Positions 28,004-32,035 of a DNA stretch of 32,035 bases are shown here, one piece after another. The stretch's first letter is position 1; every line of letters starts with the position of its first letter. Made by a program: the position numbers and the translations under genes. Under the pieces are notes generated by a model. That model made no database searches and had not been told where the DNA came from. It saw nothing but the letters and a program-made list of their open reading frames with translations. Source of the stretch: a candidate division WOR-3 bacterium (GTDB taxonomy: Bacteria; SDB-A); NCBI GenBank assembly GCA_016934535.1, contig JAFGSQ010000043.1:1-32035 (forward strand), given 5' to 3'.

Positions 28004-29836
28004 ATGCCGAATCAGAAGCGAAGAAAAGACATACGCAACATAGCGATAATAGCACACGTAGATCACGGAAAGACAACTCTTGTCGACGCTCTGCTCCGTC
28101 AGACCGGAGCTTACGAGTTCAAGGAAGGCGAACATATGATAATGGACGTCAATCCCCTCGAAAGAGAAAGGGGAATTACCATTGTCTCTAAAAATGCCTC
28201 TATACCATACAAAGGAATACAGATAAACATAGTCGACACTCCCGGTCACGCGGACTTCGGAAGCGAGGTCGAAAGAATACTGAAAATGGTCGACGGAGTC
28301 CTGCTTCTTGTGGACGCATTCGAGGGTCCAATGCCTCAAACGAAATTCGTTCTCAAAAAATCTCTCGAACTTCACCTCAAACCGATTCTCGTAATTAACA
28401 AGATAGACAGAAAAAATTGCAGACCTCTCGAGGTCGCCGACATGACATTCGATCTTTTCTGTGAGCTCAACGCCACCGACGAACAGCTCGATTTTCCCAT
28501 AATATATACTTCTGCAAAAAACGGCATTGCCACTCTCGATCTCGACGAAGAAGGAAAAAACATGAAGCCTCTACTTGAAACGATTTTACGCAGAGTGCTT
28601 CCTCCGGTCGCCGATCCTGAAAAACCTTTTCAGATGCTCATCACGATGCTCGATTACGATCCCTACGTCGGAAGATATTCGATAGGAAGAATTTTCCACG
28701 GAAAAATCGAAACAGGCAATCCCGTCGTTCTCGTAAAAACAGACGGGTCGGTGAAACTGTCCAAGATTTCAAAAATACTAAAATACAAAGGCATGAAAAG
28801 AATTGAAGTGCAGTCGGCTCTTGCGGGAGACATTATTCTCGCGGCCGGAATTGACGAAGTCCATGTCGGCGAGACTTTATCTGCACCCGATTACCCTGTA
28901 GCCCTGCCGAAAATCAAAATCGACGAACCGACAATATCAATAGTCTTTTCCCACAACACGAGTCCTCTTTCGGGAAAAGACGGCGGGCGTTTTCTGACAT
29001 CAAGACACATACGGGAAAGGCTCGAATACGAAGCTCTTACTAATGTGGGAATAAAGATAGAGAAATTCGACGGCTCGGAAAAAATAAAAGTTTCCGGCAG
29101 AGGCGAATTGCATTTGTCAATCCTCATCGAGACAATGCGAAGAGAAGGTTACGAATTCGAAGTGTCGGCTCCGGAAGTGATCATGATCAAAATGAACGGC
29201 GACGCTTTGGAACCTGTCGAAGAAGTTCTCGTGGAAATTGACCAGGGTTATCAGGGAAGCGTAATAGAAGCTCTCGGCCCGAGGAGAGCTGAGCTCAAAA
29301 GCATGCAGACCACCTCGATTGGGACATTGCGCCTCGAATTTCTTATACCGACGAGAGGGCTTATGGGATTCAGGAGCGAACTCCTGAGGATGACGCGCGG
29401 AACGGGCACGATGTATCAGAATTTTTACATGTATCAGAAGCACAAAGGTGAAATCCCTCGTCGCAGAGGTCCGACACAGATATCAATGAACGCGGGTAAA
29501 GCTTCCGGTTACGCCCTCTTCAGCCTGCAGGAAAGGGGCGAGATATTCATAAGACCCGGTGACGACGTCTACGAAGGCATGATAATAGGGACAAGTCACA
29601 AAGCGAGGGATCTTGTCGTCAACGCGACAAAGGAAAAAAAACTGACTAACATAAGGGCGGCCGGTTCCGACGAAGCGATAAGACTGACACCGCCGAGGGA
29701 AATAACGCTCGAATTCGCACTCGAATTCATTGAAAATGACGAGCTCCTCGAAATAACACCGAAAAACATACGTTTCAGAAAAAGATTTCTCACGGAAAAC
29801 GAAAGAAAAAGAAACGATCCGGAGAGAAACACTTAA
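28004..29836 (+). CDS. typA: Translational GTPase TypA/BipA
   Basis: RNIAIIAHVDHGKTTLVD, ERERGITI, DTPGHADF, NKID, GRGELHL, KKLTNIRA and ELLEITP motifs. Confidence 0.98.
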   Translation: MPNQKRRKDIRNIAIIAHVDHGKTTLVDALLRQTGAYEFKEGEHMIMDVNPLERERGITIVSKNASIPYKGIQINIVDTPGHADFGSEVERILKMVDGVLLLVDAFEGPMPQTKFVLKKSLELHLKPILVINKIDRKNCRPLEVADMTFDLFCELNATDEQLDFPIIYTSAKNGIATLDLDEEGKNMKPLLETILRRVLPPVADPEKPFQMLITMLDYDPYVGRYSIGRIFHGKIETGNPVVLVKTDGSVKLSKISKILKYKGMKRIEVQSALAGDIILAAGIDEVHVGETLSAPDYPVALPKIKIDEPTISIVFSHNTSPLSGKDGGRFLTSRHIRERLEYEALTNVGIKIEKFDGSEKIKVSGRGELHLSILIETMRREGYEFEVSAPEVIMIKMNGDALEPVEEVLVEIDQGYQGSVIEALGPRRAELKSMQTTSIGTLRLEFLIPTRGLMGFRSELLRMTRGTGTMYQNFYMYQKHKGEIPRRRGPTQISMNAGKASGYALFSLQERGEIFIRPGDDVYEGMIIGTSHKARDLVVNATKEKKLTNIRAAGSDEAIRLTPPREITLEFALEFIENDELLEITPKNIRFRKRFLTENERKRNDPERNT

Positions 29837-29919
29837 GTGTAATCATACTTTATTTTAATTTGAATTTCGTCGAATGAATTCATTTTGATTATCTATTATG
29901 TCGGTATAAAATTGTACTT

Positions 29920-30210
29920 ATGAAAATAATTGAATTCTCCAATCTGAATCTCGTTTCATACATAAAAAAACGAAACGGATCGCTGAACATATCGATTCAA
30001 GCTATTATTCAGGGGTGATGAAACGCCTCGTACGGCCCGGTCGGGTCTCTTGTCGAAAATTATGAAGCAAGCGGAGTACTCGCTTTTGAATACGAAGGAC
30101 TCAGAATCAATATTGAAAAAACCGTGATGGAAAAATATTCAGAAAACGGAACACTGAAGTTTTACACAGACAATTTCGGCTGGACCGAGATTTTTTTTTC
30201 AGAAATTTGA
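29920..30210 (+). CDS. Candidate small selenoprotein (96 aa) with tandem UGA-UGA (G-U-U), HesB-like/CC-motif type
   Basis: Single frame from ATG 29920 to TGA 30210, interrupted only by TGA TGA at 30016-30021; fills the typA/GTPase gap; SECIS-like hairpin directly downstream of the UGAs. Confidence 0.72.
30034..30047 (+). promoter_or_regulatory. SECIS-like hairpin downstream of the tandem UGA
   Basis: GGCCC-GGTC-GGGTC (4 G-C pairs plus 1 G-U); loop begins with G, 17 nt after the second and 20 nt after the first UGA; GC-rich island in an AT-rich gene. Confidence 0.62.
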
Positions 30211-30238
30211 GATGAGAGGTTTTTACAGGAACACTTTT

Positions 30239-31213
30239 TCACAAGTGGAGCTCGACTACGTCTCCGTCCGACAGAGAATGGTCTCTCTGCACCATCTGTC
30301 CGTCATAAACGCCTTTTCCCCATACTTTTGCCATTTTCAGGTTCTTTCTGAAATCCTGATGAACGGTTACGGCGAAATCCTCTATCGTAGCGCCTTTTTT
30401 GAGGATGAAAGGTGTGGACATGTCGGCATGGAAACCAGGTTTTTTGGAATACACTCTTATGCAATCGAGTTCCCGGAAAAATCTTTCTTTAATACACTCA
30501 ATATTCCATCCTGTTTTTGATGAAACAGGAACTGATGCGAAAGGGCAATCGTAAAGTTTTTTGAATATCTCGTAATCTTCCGCGAAATCGTCACCATCGT
30601 GTTTGTTGACAATAAGTATAAATTTGGATTTGTGTGATTTTTTCACGTAATCATCTCCCACAGGCTCAATTCTGTGTTCTTTGAGTATCTCGAGGGATTC
30701 GGCTGTCTGCGTGAAAGGATCGCCCTCCAGATCTACGACCAGGGCTATTAAGTCCGCTCTTTTCAAAAGGTCGAAAAGCTGAGGTTCGACGAAATCACGA
30801 GTGAGAGGAGGAGTATCAACCAACTGTATGAGTATGTCTTTATATTTCATCATACCGGGAAGAGGGCTCCATGTTGTGTGGGGAGAAGAATTTATTTCAG
30901 GTTTTGCGTGGGTGAGGACAGACAATAGTGATGATTTCCCGGTGTTCGGAGCGCCGGCTAATGCTATTTGTCCGGCTCCTTCTTTCTTTAAAGAAAAAAG
31001 CGACTCGTGCCTTGATACATTTTTTTTAGAATGACGGGCTTCTTTGAACTTCGAGAGTTTTTTTCTAAGATCGGCTCTGAGTTTGTCGGTACCTTTGTGT
31101 TTGGGGACAGTGCCAATGAGTTCCTGCAGCAGAGTTATCTTTTCCTGCAGGTCCAGAGCTTCTTTGTATCTTTTTTCAGCCTCAAAATACTCTGGAGGAA
31201 GATTTGTAGGCAT
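30239..31213 (-). CDS. OBG/DRG-like GTPase with C-terminal TGS domain
   Basis: MPTNLPPEY..PKHKGT N-terminus, GAPNTGKS, DTPP, NKHD, TGS segment HQDF...AKVWG...L.DGDVVELH. Confidence 0.9.
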   Translation of the reverse strand: MPTNLPPEYFEAEKRYKEALDLQEKITLLQELIGTVPKHKGTDKLRADLRKKLSKFKEARHSKKNVSRHESLFSLKKEGAGQIALAGAPNTGKSSLLSVLTHAKPEINSSPHTTWSPLPGMMKYKDILIQLVDTPPLTRDFVEPQLFDLLKRADLIALVVDLEGDPFTQTAESLEILKEHRIEPVGDDYVKKSHKSKFILIVNKHDGDDFAEDYEIFKKLYDCPFASVPVSSKTGWNIECIKERFFRELDCIRVYSKKPGFHADMSTPFILKKGATIEDFAVTVHQDFRKNLKMAKVWGKGVYDGQMVQRDHSLSDGDVVELHL

Positions 31214-31244
31214 GATTATTCTTTAACCGAAAAACTTTTCAAAA

Positions 31245-32030
31245 TCAACCGTATTCGGTACAAAGCTCTTTGTTTAACTCATCTATCATGCTCAAGACCA
31301 TTTCCAGTTTTGCCGGAAGGTCTTCGGGACATGTTATAAACAAAAGTTGTTCTACCTTATTTAAAACATCAGGCGGATAATCTCTCTCGGAATATCTTAG
31401 TCCGAAGTCGTATTTATTTTTTCTGTATTTCAGGTTCAAAAGTCCTGCCAGATTTCTGTGGACTAAAACGTCGTAATTTGTCTTGGCGTCAATAAAATGC
31501 TTTCTGTCGCAGTTTTTTTTCGACTCGATTTCCCACAGCCATTGAGGTCCACTTCGGATTTTTTTATAAAAAGCCGAGCAATTTTTTTTCAATTCGTCCT
31601 CATCTGTCGGAGTTACATCTATCATTGATTTTTTGTCGAACCAGACAACCGCTTTACCGTGTCTGTCGCTTTGTGTCAATTTATCCTTTGAAGATTCTTT
31701 CATAACAGCCAAGTCGACGTAATAATGTTTCGGAGAATCTTTAAGAAGATAAAAACACTGAGAATGACCGTGCCACGTAGGTTCAGGCATCCTGAATTTA
31801 GCCTCGATCCCGTGATTTTTTTTAAGATACTTTTCTATTGAGACAAAAATATCTTCGACGTGTTCATCTTCACAAACTACGGCAAGATCGAGGTCAGAAA
31901 AATCGTCTTGAAATCCGGTCGCTGCTGATCCTCCTTCCCACGCAGTCAGGATTTTTTCGTCTGGTTCCAATAATTCCTTTAGATCGGAATTAATTTTCTG
32001 TTTATATTCCCATGCGTTCATTTTAATCAT
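31245..32030 (-). CDS. Nucleotidyltransferase domain protein (Pol beta superfamily)
   Basis: EGGS.A.G..D.FSDLDL motif and a helical C-terminal domain. Confidence 0.85.
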   Translation of the reverse strand: MIKMNAWEYKQKINSDLKELLEPDEKILTAWEGGSAATGFQDDFSDLDLAVVCEDEHVEDIFVSIEKYLKKNHGIEAKFRMPEPTWHGHSQCFYLLKDSPKHYYVDLAVMKESSKDKLTQSDRHGKAVVWFDKKSMIDVTPTDEDELKKNCSAFYKKIRSGPQWLWEIESKKNCDRKHFIDAKTNYDVLVHRNLAGLLNLKYRKNKYDFGLRYSERDYPPDVLNKVEQLLFITCPEDLPAKLEMVLSMIDELNKELCTEYG

Positions 32031-32035
32031 TCACC

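Noticed and set aside
30018-30065. ATG within TGATGA as a coupled restart (two-gene reading of the UU ORF)
   Set aside because: That frame gives only MKRLVRPGRVSCRKL* (15 aa), whereas the original frame continues for 62 codons
1-32035. Genome-wide UGA reassignment (genetic code 4 or 25) explaining the in-frame TGAs
   Set aside because: Many intact genes end in TGA at their natural C-termini (e.g. 894, 2660, 12745, 23837, 26502) and Trp is encoded by TGG

Overview
Ordinary-looking chromosomal window from an AT-rich bacterium using the standard code. Two proteins have T9SS/Por-type C-terminal domains, which suggests an FCB-related lineage such as WOR-3 (inference only). Left to right: a partial tRNA-Ala(UGC); a long minus-strand operon (large coiled-coil membrane protein, TPR-like protein, AI-2E transporter, and a tandem ATPase/permease ABC-2 pair); HD-like, Fe-ADH, ABM, HIT, TrmB and DUF4230 genes; an internally deleted SagB/ThcOx nitroreductase; a Na+:solute symporter pair; three secreted proteins and TetR; a selenium-metabolism operon (yedE, tusA-like, csd-like, DUF3343, selD); typA; a TGS-domain GTPase; and a nucleotidyltransferase. 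The selD gene is itself a selenoprotein gene, with an in-frame UGA at codon 15 and a SECIS-like hairpin, and the ORF track truncates it. The main finding is an uncalled 96-aa ORF at 29920-30210 (+). It has two adjacent in-frame UGA codons (G-U-U) followed by a SECIS-like hairpin with almost the same geometry as the selD one. It is a candidate small HesB-like/CC-motif selenoprotein with vicinal Sec-Sec. No mobile elements or CRISPR arrays were seen.
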